Source: the human T2T-CHM13v2.0 reference genome, Homo sapiens. Taken from it: a DNA stretch of 64,000 bases. This document shows, piece by piece, positions 40,530 to 53,110 of this stretch. The stretch lies in the NCBI RefSeq assembly GCF_009914755.1, contig NC_060939.1. One strand, given 5' to 3'. A model generated the notes under the pieces. The model worked only from the letters and a program-made list of their open reading frames with translations, did no database searches and had not been told where the DNA came from. The translations under genes and the position numbers were made by a program. Numbering within the stretch: the first letter of the stretch is position 1; each line of letters starts with the position of its first letter.

Positions 40530-40737
40530 GGCTGGGCATGGCAGCTCACACCCATAATTCCAGCACTTTGGGAGGCCCAGGCATGGCGGTCCATACTTCT
40601 AGTCCCAGGTACTTGGGAAGCTGAGGTGGGAGAATCACCTGAGCCCTACAAGTCGAGCCTAGAGTGAGCTGTGATTGCACCACTGCACTCCAGCTTGAGC
40701 AACAGAGCAAGACCCTGTCTCAAAAAAAAAAAAAAAA
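40530..40737 (+). mobile_element. AluJ with an internal deletion of most of the left arm
   Basis: Left-arm start ...CACTTTGGGAGGC joins directly to the right-arm start CCAGGCATGGCGG, followed by an A tail. Confidence 0.88.
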
Positions 40738-42262
40738 CCTCTCTCCCAAAAGCAGGCTATAATCATGCCTTCAGTAGTACAAAGAGTAAAAGATAAAGGT
40801 ATGACCTCCTCTCATGACTTCTTTCTCCTGGTGGTAGTCTCCCTGGTGTTGGGGGGAGGAAGGAAAGAAAAAAGATGACTCCATCTGTACTTCAGTGGTG
40901 AGGGGTCATTGTCTATTTCGTTAGTGTGAAGGGTTGTTCTAAAATTCTTATGTCCAAAGTGACCACTTTCTGTCTTCCAGTCCTTTTATCATCAAATGGC
41001 TGTGCCAAGGAGAGAGGCCCTTGTGGTGAATTGCCTCATCTCAGCAGGTTCTCTTGAAAGGTTTTGGCCCAAATCTTGATGATTCTCTCAAGATAGAAAC
41101 TGAAAGTCTTTCAGAATCTTTTGTTCCGGGCTTTCAGCATTTGCCTTCATTTTTATGAAAATAAGATCTTTATTAATCTAATACATTGCAAATGAGATTG
41201 CAAAAGTTACAGTCTCTGTGGTAGAAATTAAAACGCCACATAACTTTGACAAAAATACTATGCTTTTAAAAACTATACTGTAAACTTTTGTAGCATAATA
41301 ATTCATTATAGTTTATAATAGCAAGGAATTAAACAATTGAAATATGGTTAAATTATATATTCATATAATGGATTAAATGTCAAACATTAATGTTTTATTT
41401 TCCAAGCCTGTAGTCGTTGATGTAGTGACAGCTTTATCTACACTGAACTGGAATGACCTCCATGATACATTTTTAGGTGAAAAGATAAAGGCCTGGTAAC
41501 AAATAGCTAGAGCATGTGCTTCAGTTTGGGGAAAAATGTGTATGTTCATAAAAGATATGTTAATGTGAATATAGTAAGAGGTTGGTGTTATCCTCATTTC
41601 ACAAATAAGAAAACAGAAGCTTAAGAAAATAGAATCATAGAATCAGTGGTGACATACTGTGATTTGAATTCATGTTTATCTGAACCGAAATCACAGGCCC
41701 TTTCCAACACAATAAGTTTAACCCCTGACTAATCTTTTCCAGGAGACAGTTGACTTTTTAAAATGCTATCGGTACACCTTATAAATAAATTGTTGTAATA
41801 TATTTGCATGTGGGGCTCCCCTGGCCAACTATGAGTTTCATGAAGGCAGGGACCCTAACAAAGCTACCTTTCTGTTCCCAGTGCTCCGGTATGGCACATT
41901 GTGGAAAAGCTCTTAAAGTAATAAAAAGCAATGGTGCATCCTTGTGTGCAAGAAATGAATATAACTTCATTAAGTGGCTAGTAAATCAACCCTAGTTCTT
42001 TAAACTATCATAATAGTAACAGAATGTCTTAGGATTTCTGCAGGCCCAATGACATTTTAGTTCAATGGGGTAATTATTACATCCAAGCTTCAAACTTGCA
42101 TTTCATACTTAAGTGAATATTTATCATCACCTATTACGCACTATTAATGGAAAGAACTATTCATTTCCAATAATACATTTTATGTTTTTTATGCATAGAA
42201 TGAAATTGTCCATTATTAATGAGTCTGAAAGCTCAGGCCAGTAAGCCTCTGCTTATTTTCAG

Positions 42263-42355
42263 GTCGTTCCTCCAAAGATGCCGTGGGTCAGATATCTGTT
42301 CATGTGGACATCACTGCCACCCCAGGAACGGGAGATCATAAAGTCACTGTAAAAG
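42263..42355 (+). CDS. UNC13C: UNC13C internal exon (93 nt, phase 1-1): (S)[30 protein letters not shown], start of the C2C domain
   Basis: Acceptor ttattttcAG|GTCGT and donor AAAAG|GTATAC. The translation matches the Munc13 pre-C2C motif (VG.ISVHV....[11 protein letters not shown]). It is too short to appear in the ORF track. Confidence 0.96.
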
Positions 42356-43730
42356 GTATACTTCTGGTCTAGATAAATCAAAACAGCCTTCTAAACTTCT
42401 GCAGCAGTACTGATATCAGCAATGTAACTTTTCTTGCATTTAAAAAAACTGCACAATTATTTTAGGGCATGCACAAAATTTCCTAATGAAACCCAAACTT
42501 TTGATTAAAAATAGAAAAATATCAATGGCACTAATGTTTAGCATGCATTATTCAAAATATATAAATACACTGATTAAATATCCAAACTTACTTTATCAGA
42601 TATTTATTTTGTGGTTGGTGCCATGATATTCATTGAACACTTGCACTTTAAATATTAAGTCAGTATGTTCTTACTATTCACAAAACCTACTGCTTTTTCT
42701 ATATGATTTCCAACAACTGGCTTAGAGTTCTTTACAATGAGTGGCTCAATTTGTTGGTTTTACATTGTAAAAACAGCCTGAATGCAGGGGTAATTTCAAA
42801 GATGAAATTAAAGGATTAGCATTTTGTTAACAATACGCTCGTTCTATTTTTATATTAGTCACTTCAATACCCACTTTGAGCAAAACTAGGGCTGCCCAAT
42901 ATATTTCAGAATTACATTACATATTGTATCTTTACATCATAAAAGTAAAATAGCTATATTTTAGAATAGATTATATACAGTAGTATATACTGTCAATTTC
43001 CTTAAATATTTTTGAAAAATGTTGCCAACGTGTGAAAGTTTAATGAATATTTTGCAGTAGTGATTTTAATTATAAGACACTTCGCTTGAGGATGAGCAAA
43101 GATATTTACACATGAGAATCTTCATTTAGTATTTTTTTTATGACGACTGAAATTTAAAAACAGCTATAATATCTAACAAGTGACTGGCTAAATATAGGAT
43201 GAAATAGCCACAGAGCAAAATATTATTAGCAGTTGACAAAATATATAATGAATTAGAAAATTAGCCATGATAGACTTAAAAAAATAAAGCTATTTATAAG
43301 ATTGCAACACATTATAATATCATTTTGTATATAAAGTAACTAAATATTGAAAGCATACAATCCAAAATATTGTCATTGACTGGTAAATTTATAGATTTTA
43401 TCTATTTCCTGATGAGCATATCTTCATGTTCAATACGAACAACACCATGTTTTTACCAAGAGGAGGAGAGTGCTAACTTTTCATTAGTAACAGATATCAT
43501 TTTAATTGCAGCTAACTAACTTTTCACCAAAGCTACACAGCTTAAAGCTGAAAGCTCCATCAGGTGTGCCTTCCAGAAAGAAAATTGTATTTTATTGTCT
43601 TGGAGTACAGTGTCTTGTCAGTGGAGTTAGGGCACTATTATTAAGTTTTGGCTTCATAAATCACTTTTAAAATTTCACTCTAAATTTCCACACATCTGTT
43701 TGCTAAAATGTGATATTTCCTTTTTTTTAG

Positions 43731-43890
43731 TGATTGCTATTAATGACCTAAACTGGCAGACCACAGCAATGTTCCGCCCCTTTGTGGAAGTTTGTATACT
43801 GGGACCCAACCTTGGAGACAAGAAGAGAAAACAAGGCACAAAAACAAAAAGCAACACATGGTCACCAAAGTACAATGAAACATTTCAGTT
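43731..43890 (+). CDS. UNC13C: UNC13C penultimate exon (160 nt): [54 protein letters not shown]
   Basis: Acceptor ttttttttAG|TG and donor CAGTT|GTAAGT. It is in frame with both neighbouring exons (G+TG=Val; TT+C=Phe) and lies within ORF 43700..43894. C2-domain motifs PFVEV and P.YNETF.F are present. Confidence 0.97.
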
Positions 43891-44009
43891 GTAAGTCATA
43901 AACCCACCTTACTTATTCTACCAGGCAATAGTTACTGTACAGCTGACCTTACTGAGGGATTTGGAGTGTGAAGGGCTAAGGAAAATGAAGAAGGCTCTGT
44001 TTTTAGTTC

Positions 44010-45560
44010 CCTTCCATTCATTCAATATCTGTTCAGTGCCTGCCATGTATCAGCCAATGTTATAGTCATTAGGTGTATATATCATAGGAGGTGTCTGAAT
44101 CAATCTTTTGCAGTGCACTCATATAAGTTACTTTCTACAGATGAGGAGTGTATGATAAAGTCACAAATATTTGTCATATGGCATTAAATACAATATGCAG
44201 AACTATGTGGTAAGTGCTATGACTAGCTGCTTTGCCTGGGAGGTCAGGGAAGCCTCTCTGAGCATGTGACTTTTAAACTGAAACCTGTCCAAATAAAAAG
44301 CCAGGCATGGAAGAGCAGAACATTTCAGACAAAGTGAAATAAATAGCTAGTACAAGGACTCTAAGGCGAGAGCAAGTCTGGGATATTTAAGAAGCAGCAC
44401 ATCATAGATAAAGGAGTGAGATCCAAGTGAGGCCAAGGTACAGATAGTGTGTCACATAGGGCTTTTCAATTCTAAGTTCAATAGGTGGTCCACTGAAGGG
44501 TTTTCAAATGAACAGATGAGATTTACATCTTTATTTTGTTTGCTGTGTACAGAAATAATTATACGGTGGCAAGACCAAATATGTAAAGATCAGTTAGAAG
44601 GCTATTGCAATAGTCCAGGCAATAGCTATTAGTGACTAACCGGATCCTAGTAGGGAGATAGATGGAGAAGATTCTGTATCATGTGTGGAAAGTAGATTCT
44701 TGCCATAGGCTGGAGGTAGAACATGAAAGAGTAATTCCCGAAAACACTCAGTTTAGAGTAATTCAAAATGAGCTTACTTACAAAGGAATTTACAAAGTGG
44801 TTAAGAGTAGAGAAATTTGAGTAATCATGGGAACTGGGGCTAATAGTAACCAGGCTATTACCATACTTATGCCTGAAAAGAGGAGAGAAAGAGTCATTAC
44901 TAAAATTAGGAAAGTGAAAACTTGATGTATGCTTGAAATGTATTATTGAAATACACTATTAATGGAAAGAACTATTCATTTCTTTTCAGTTTGATGTATA
45001 CATTTCAAGTATACATCAAGTTTGAAATGTATACTTGAATGTATACTTACTTGCCTTGAAAGCAGCAGTGACATTCCATGAAGGGCAACAGCCTACTGGA
45101 GGCAGCCCCACAGGCAAAGAGCCAGGGAAATAAAGACTCTGACCTCACTCTCCTCACTGCCAACCTCTTGATGGGGTTCCCTTTTGGCCAAAATCTACCG
45201 GAAGCAAGAAGAAACCCTACTGAGATAGTCCCAACAGATGAGTTTTCTATTGCAAACAGCATTCTATTGCAAACAGCAAAAAGGAGGGTGGATCCACAGG
45301 GGGAAACTGGGCGATACCTGGCACTGAATAAAATCAAAGATGATCCCTAAGTTTTTGGCATGAGGAGTTGGGAAGATAGCAATTTACCAAGATGGAAGAA
45401 GAAATGATAAAAATGTTTTAAATCTATTAATTTGGTGATGCCTGTCAGACTCTCAAGAGATGTCATTTAATTCAACAAATATAAATAATCTAACCTAGGA
45501 ATGGATACATGGAGAGGTTAAGAGGCCTAGGACAAAGCCCTAAGGATTTACACGCCAATA
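44010..45560 (-). mobile_element. L2 remnant interrupted by an ERVL LTR
   Basis: cattcattcaatatctgttcagtgcctgccatgt...gaggtcagggaagcctctctgag...gaaggctattgcaatagtccaggc; resumes at ~45330. Confidence 0.75.
44740..45325 (-). mobile_element. LTR33/LTR41-like ERVL solo LTR
   Basis: gggaaataaagactctgacctcactctcc...ttggccaaaatctaccggaagc...ggtggatccacagggggaaactgg. It explains ORFs 45047..45350. Confidence 0.6.
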
Positions 45561-46346
45561 CACTCTCTTACAGGTTTTTTGTTCATGATTTCCTATAGTC
45601 GTTTCAGCACTCTGCTCTGAATATTTCACCCTCTTATCACGTATTAAAACTGAAGTATCCTACTCTATCGAAAGGGTCCTAATAGATCACATTCCCTGCC
45701 AATAAACCAGCTTACAACATTTCACTATCTACTTCAACTTACTCAAAAACCTGGACCCAACTAAAGTTTCTTGTTAGATATAACACAGTGAGCTACTTAA
45801 AGGCAGCATTTTTAATTCATGAGATCTGATTCCCATCATATTTTGCTCTTCTACTCTTATCCCCTAGACTTCCATTTTCTTTCACATTATTTCAGATTCT
45901 CCCTAAAGTACAAAGTTTAGTTACCAGTGTTTCCTGGAAATCAAAATGTTTCATCAGAAAAAAATCACCTGTAAAAGGAAGGAATTTGGAAGCTGGTACT
46001 GCTGAGGGCTAGATGTACATTCATTAGAAAATCAAGAATATGAGAATGAACAAAAATAAGGGGTGGAGGAAGACAGACTGTATCTACCATATCACCACTT
46101 GGCCTTCTTTATTATGTTGACACTAACAAGCTGTCTTAGGTGGTTGTTAGGAGAGGCCACACACTTGACAGGTCTAACTGTTACCATAGGAAAGAATCGG
46201 CATTGAATCACCAGGCTCTGCTGGAATTGATTTACTCTGGATGGAGATTTGTATCCAATTTAGCATATTGTGAATAGTGCTTGATGGGCTGTGCAGTGTA
46301 TTCCCCTGAGAAAAGACTCCTAGATATAATAGCTTATTCAAGATTT

Positions 46347-46423
46347 GGAGGTAAAGTGCGAGGAGTAGTAACTGATATTGAAATGGGGAGGTAAAGTGCG
46401 AGTAGTAACTGATATTGAAATGG
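46347..46423. repeat. 40/37-bp tandem duplication
   Basis: GGAGGTAAAGTGCGAG(GAG)TAGTAACTGATATTGAAATGG x2. Confidence 0.95.
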
Positions 46424-46761
46424 CATATAAATTCTACCAAGAGGTACCCATTACCCTGGCCTAGCCCCCATGACCCCTTTCCAACTCCACCGCACCCGCA
46501 ATCAGGAGATTCTGCCTCGACTGATTAAGTGTAACATAGTATCTTAATTCCCATTTTTTTCTGTCTTTTCTATCTAGGGAAAAAGTCATTTTAACATTCG
46601 CTTTCTAAGCCAAATTTAAAGGGTTAAAATACACTGATATCCTATTTGCCAACATAATAATCAGATCCAATGTATACAGTTTTCAGCAGTATTTGAGAAC
46701 CATAATGATGCCTAGTGGAAGTAAAGTTTTTGCTCAAAATTTGTATTTTTAATCCACACAG

Positions 46762-47047
46762 CATTCTCGGAAAGGAAAATCGACCAGGGGCTTATGAACT
46801 TCATCTCTCAGTTAAGGATTACTGCTTTGCCAGAGAAGATCGAATTATCGGAATGACAGTCATTCAGCTACAGAACATAGCAGAAAAGGGAAGCTATGGG
46901 GCATGGTATCCTCTTCTGAAAAATATCTCTATGGATGAAACTGGTTTGACTATCCTTAGAATACTCTCTCAGAGGACCAGTGATGATGTGGCTAAAGAAT
47001 TTGTAAGACTTAAATCTGAAACAAGATCTACTGAAGAGAGTGCTTGA
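46762..47047 (+). CDS. UNC13C: UNC13C terminal exon, coding part: [27 protein letters not shown]...[16 protein letters not shown]
   Basis: Acceptor cacacAG|CATT, within ORF 46715..47047. Contains the Munc13 hallmarks [26 protein letters not shown] and AKEFVRLKS. Confidence 0.97.
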
Positions 47048-48540
47048 AACAAACACTGCAAGCTAAATACATAACTATAATTGTTTGACTACTGCATGCA
47101 TGTGCAAATACATGGGAATGTTTAGTTCACTACATTTCAATGTTTGCCAGTACTCATGTACGATGTCTACAAGGTATGTAAAAAACCTGCTGAACTTTTA
47201 TACCAATTCTGGTCTTTGGGAAATCAGTGTTCCATGAAGTGCCAAAATTATGATGTAAAGTGAAATATCAAGAACACCTTTTAACATGTTTATTTTGTTT
47301 CTTTACCCATTTCACATTCATTAAACATAATTTTTAAAAACTAGTCTTTTGAGTTTGCCCATCAGTTGTCTTTGTTAAATGAGATTATATTGCCCATAGA
47401 TCAGAAAACATTTATTACTCAATTTCCATTTTATTTACTTACCTCATTATAGATGTCTTACAAATACCCTTTTCTACCATAACTAGAAATGCAGTCACTT
47501 CTAGAAAGCATTTGTAATTTTATAGTCGCAGATATTGTGATTTTTGCATACACATTAAAATAGAAAAGGTGGGAAATATTTTCTGCTGACCAGTTTCCAA
47601 CCTTTCTGAAATATCACTGTGAAGAAATGCTGTTAAAGCAAACTTACATAAAGCAATGCTAGAGTTTGTTAACAATGTTTGATATATATTGACAAAACTT
47701 TGTTCTCTAAAACTGCCAAGATCACATCACATTTGTAAAAATGGTAAGTTAATGCATTTGTCATATAGTGTTATGTCTTGGCTTTACCATATTTCATTCT
47801 TTAAAAAGTCATTAATGGTTTAGAAATGGGATGGAAAGTTTACTGAAAATACCTGTAAGTAACTATATTGTTAATATCTTCCCTCTGACAGTTATGACTC
47901 TATAATCAGTTCAATGCTTTATTTTTAAAAATATTCAATGATTAGTATTGAATGCAGCATTACTATATATTGTACTGATGCCAAAAGTCATGTTTTCATC
48001 CACTTAGTGAAAAAATAGTAAAATTAAGTCGGAAGAAATTGCTTAAAATTTTGTAATTTGTATTTATAAGCCCCAAATGCATCAAATGCAGTAGGAGAAC
48101 AATGTAATACAGCTTGGTACCTAAAAATATAGCTAAGTTGGTTTTTGAATATAAAACAGTTTATGAATATGTGCATTTTCTGTATTGTTATGATTTGACT
48201 TTTTAGAGTCTATGCCAAAATATATGGCTGTAAAACAGTACTTTGTAATTATAACTTATGGTCATAACTGTTAGTGGACTACTTACAGAAGCAGAAACAA
48301 GAGCCTGTTATGATTGTGCTTTGTGAACAAGCTGATCTAATACGTTAAGTACAGAAGTGCTTAGTATCATGACTGTCAGAACCATTCTGCAACTGAGTAT
48401 GAAATCACAGACCAGTGAGGTGAGCTAATTCATGTTAAACTGTTAGGCCACTGCTTTGTTAATGACTCCTCTAAATGCATAGTGTGATGCGATCCTCTGG
48501 CATATGCTTTAATAAATGGATGTATATTGAGCACATGCAG
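47048..48540 (+). other. UNC13C: UNC13C 3' UTR (~1.5 kb, end approximate)
   Basis: AU-rich, repeat-free stretch from the stop codon to the first AATAAA, in contrast to the repeat-dense flanks. Confidence 0.75.
48511..48516 (+). terminator. Probable main polyadenylation signal AATAAA (second AATAAA at 48598; ATTAAA at 47320 and 47554)
   Basis: AATAAA followed ~25-55 nt later by a GT/T-rich tract (ttgtattgtatcttctgcctttttattt). Confidence 0.7.
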
Positions 48541-48679
48541 CATTGTATTGTATCTTCTGCCTTTTTATTTCATTTATGCAATATCATCTCATTTAGGAAT
48601 AAAAACTCCAGGCTCTTTTGACCATATGTAATAGTCTTCATATTATTTGGTTCTAACATCTCATTAAAAGTTTAGATGT

Positions 48680-49380
48680 CAGAATGGTTATTATTAAAAA
48701 GTCAAAAAATAACAGATGCTGGCGAGGTTGTGAAGAAAAATGTTTGTTTGTTTATACACTGCTGGTGGGAGTGTAAATTACTTCAATTATTGTAGAAAGC
48801 AGTGTGGTGATTCCTCAAAGACCTACAAACAGAATTACCATTCGACTAAGCAATCCCATTACTGAGTACACAGCCAAAGGAATATCAAACAAACATTCTA
48901 CCATAAACACATATGCACGTATATGTCCACTGCAGCACTATTCACAATAGCAAACACATGGAACCATCCTAAATGCCCATCAACAGTAGACCAGATAAAG
49001 AAAATGTGGTACATATACACCGTGGAATACTATGCAGGCATAAAAAGAATGAGACCATGTCCTTCACAGTGACATGGATGGAGCTGGAGGCCATTACCTG
49101 AAGCAAACTAACACAGGAATAGAAAACGAAATACTACATGTTTGTTATCACAAGTGGAAGCTAAACGATGAGGACACATGGACACTAAGGGGGCAACAAC
49201 AGACACTGTGGCCTACTTGAGGGTAGGAGGAGGGAAAAGATAAGAAAAAGTATCTGTCACGCTACGAAGCTTACTACCTGGGTGACAAAATAATCTACAC
49301 CAAAACCCCCGTGACACACAATTTACCTACGTAATAAACCTGGACATGAACCCCTGAATCTAAAATAAAAGTTTTTAAAA
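48680..49380 (+). mobile_element. 5'-truncated L1PA (L1PA13-16-type) just past the poly(A) site
   Basis: ORF2 tail plus 3' UTR and A tail, with TSD AAAAGTT(T/C)AGATGT. Confidence 0.92.
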
Positions 49381-50996
49381 AAAAGTTCAGATGTTAAAAT
49401 TCATTCCACAGGTGGTGTGTTCATGGAAACCACTGTATATTGTAATGACGAGGAAAATAAGGATGAACTAATGTATCTACCTATATATTGCTAAATACCG
49501 TTTAGTCCCATGAACAAAATTCAACATGCAACATGGTTAAAAATCTCACATGATAAAAGTTTTCATCAATTACTTGAAAAATTCATTCTAGATTTATGTT
49601 ATAAATATTTTACAGAACATTGACTTAAGCTCTTTAGGAGCACATATTAATGTCATAATACATGATACATTTGAGTAAAAGGCAGTTAGGATTTGCATTG
49701 ATCACTTTAAATTGAGCAAGGTATTTTTTCCCTGACATGTTTAATTGCATCCAATTATTCTGTCTTTTACAATGTATACAATATATATCAAAGCCTAATA
49801 GTGGCAGGGTGAATTAAGTCTATTTATGACTATCATAAAGTACAGGTACTAATTTTGAAATGATTATAAATTCTGTAGACTCTGTTTTCCTCTCAAAGCA
49901 CAAGTATTCCCGTTGTCTTCAGAACAAAGCCTGTTATATTTACTTACCCAAATTAGTAGTCACTCTAAGGTTCCCAGTGATCTCTGTCAATTGAGTGTTG
50001 CACTAATGTGTGTAGCAATTTATTCATCTTATTCTAGATAAAACACACAAAGGCAAAGCTCTGTTGCTTGTCTATGGATAAACCTCACATTACAGGTCTT
50101 TAAAGATACACGTGTAAATCAAATTTAGCAAACACAAAGTATTTAAACCCAGAGTGGAGTATTTGCTATTCGAAGGAATTTGAATGCATTAAGTAATCAG
50201 ATGTCCCCACTACAACCTGCGCTAATTTATCTACTTCTAGGATAATTTATAACTTGAATTTATCTTAAATGAGGCACATTTATAAATGACAATTCTAACT
50301 TAATGTCTTTTATTTGGTCTTTTTTAAAAACAATGCGTGAAACAAGATTTTCTCCTTTTAATTTCTCTACATTACATAAAGATATGACTATACTAGCTAG
50401 CCCCTTTATGGACTACTATAGCAGCTTTAATCTTTATGCTCAAATAATAAATGATCATACTTATACATGACTCAGGGAATATCCTTGAATAAATGTCTAA
50501 TTCCACCTACTTAGAAAAATTCTTGGGCACACAGGCAAGAGACTGCCCTCCCCTGTGGAATGAATTTTAACTCCCCTGATGTTACCTGTGTTTATACTCA
50601 AGTCCTTTGTTTGAAATAGTTGCCCCTTTGCTCTTTTGACTCCCCAGGCCTCCACTGATCACTCTTCTCTGTGGTTCAGGCTTCTGCAGTGTGATTTTTA
50701 GAATAAAAAACTAGGATATGTGATATGAAGGAGAATCAATTCCAATTTGCGAATGTTAAATAATATATATTTAAAAGTGCTCATGTTTTTTCACATCATG
50801 ACAACTTTGAAATCAGGATACATATATAATCCTTTGGCATGTTATGGTTTAATTGGTGATTTTTTTCTCCCTTATTAGTACATGTTTCTTCTTATAATGA
50901 ATGACTTCCAGGCATCAATAAGCATATTTATTAAAAAGTATATATAAATCGATGAAAATAAAGTAATGCTTAGTTGTCTATTTTAAAACATAGTTT

Positions 50997-51286
50997 GGCT
51001 AGGCACAGTGGCTCACAACTGTAATCCCAGCACACTGAGAGGCCGAGACAGGCAGGTTGCTTTGAGCTTAGAAGTTCGAGACCAGCCTAGTCAACGTGGC
51101 AAAGCCCCATCTCTACAAAAAAATACAAAAATGAGTCAGGCCTGGTGGCATGTGACTGTAGTCCCAGCTACTTGAGAGGCTGAGGCAGGAGAATCACTTG
51201 AGCCTGGGAAGCAGAGGTTCCAGTGAGCCAAGATGCATCACTGCACTCCAGCCTGGGCAACAGAATGAGACCCTGTCTCAAAAAAT
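50997..51286 (+). mobile_element. AluJ
   Basis: Diverged Alu dimer ending GAGACCCTGTCTCAAAAA. Confidence 0.93.
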
Positions 51287-52817
51287 ATGCATATTTTTTA
51301 ATTTGCATATACTAAAATTCTCTCTTTTGGCATACATTTCTGTGTTATGACAAATGCGTAGTCATGTATTAATCACAACAGTCAAGATATGGGACAATTC
51401 CCTCATACCTCAAAATTCCACGTTACCACTTTATAGACAAACACTTTTCCTACTATCAACCCTCTGCAGCACTGGTTCATTTTAGTCCCTCACGTTTTGT
51501 GTATTCCAGAATGTCATATAAACGGAACTATACAGTATATATTCTTTTGAGCCTGTATAATTTCACTTAGCACAATGCACCAGAGATTCATCTACATTGT
51601 GGCATGTATAAATTATTACCTAGTTTTTTTTGTTGAATAGTACTGCACTGTATGAACATTAAAAAGATTTCATTCACCACTTACTACACTTACCTTGTTT
51701 GGCAATATTATGAACAAAGCTTTTATAAACATTCACATACAGGATTTTGTGTATACTTGTTTTTATTTTTCTTGGGTGATTATCTATTAGAGTGTGATTT
51801 CTAGGTCTTATGATAAGTATATCTTTAACTTCATAAGGAACTTTCAAACTTTTTTGAAAGTAGTTGTAAAATTTTACATTTCCAGAAGCAATGTATGAGA
51901 GTTTCAGTTGCTCTGCATCTTTGCAAGCACTGGGTATCGTCAGTTCTTTATTTTAGTTCTTCTTCTGATATACACAAAATAGCATCTCAACATGCCTTTA
52001 ATTTGTATTCATCTGAGGACTAATAACATTGAGTATCTCTGTGTGTGCTTATTTGACATCCATATATTTTGTTTAGTGAAGTATCTGCAAATCTTTTGCC
52101 CATTTATTTAATGAGTTGTTTATTGTTGAGTTTGGGGACATATTTTCATATTCCATATACAAACCCTTTGTCAGATATGAAATGTGCAACTATTTCATCC
52201 CAGTCCGTGGCTAGTCTTTTCATTTTTATAACAACCTCTTTAAGAGAACAAAAGGTTTTCACTTCCATCAAGTCGAATTTGATGAAATCATTTTTTCTCT
52301 TTTATAGATCATAGCTTTGCTACCATAAGAATTACTTGCCTCACTCAAGGCCAAAAAGATTTTTTTCTCCTATGTTTTCATATGGAAATTTTATACTTTG
52401 GGGTATTACAATTTGGCCTATGAACCGTTTTGAGGTTAATAGAGGGTGTAAAGTTTGAGTTAAGGTTCATCTATAATTATTAAATTACAATTGAGTAATT
52501 AATTAGAAACTAATTTTCATAGGCATGTCCAATTGTTCCAGCACCACACAATTCATTGAAAATACTACAGTTATCACTTGGAATTACCTTTGTACCTTCA
52601 TCATAAATCAATTGACCAAATGTGTGTGAGTCCATTTCTGACATCTCTAGTCTGTTCCATTGATCTGACTCTATACCTTATCACCAATGTGACACTGTAG
52701 CAATTACTGTAGCTTTATACTGTCTTGAACTCAGGTAGTAAGAGTTCTCCATGTTCTTCTCTTCAAAACAGTGGAGTATTCTACTACTTCTCACTCTCTA
52801 TAAAAATTTTAACAGCC

Positions 52818-53110
<293 letters not shown>

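Noticed and set aside
43700-43730. ORF-track start codons upstream of the exons (also 46715-46761)
   Set aside because: These are intronic extensions; the real boundaries are set by the AG acceptors.
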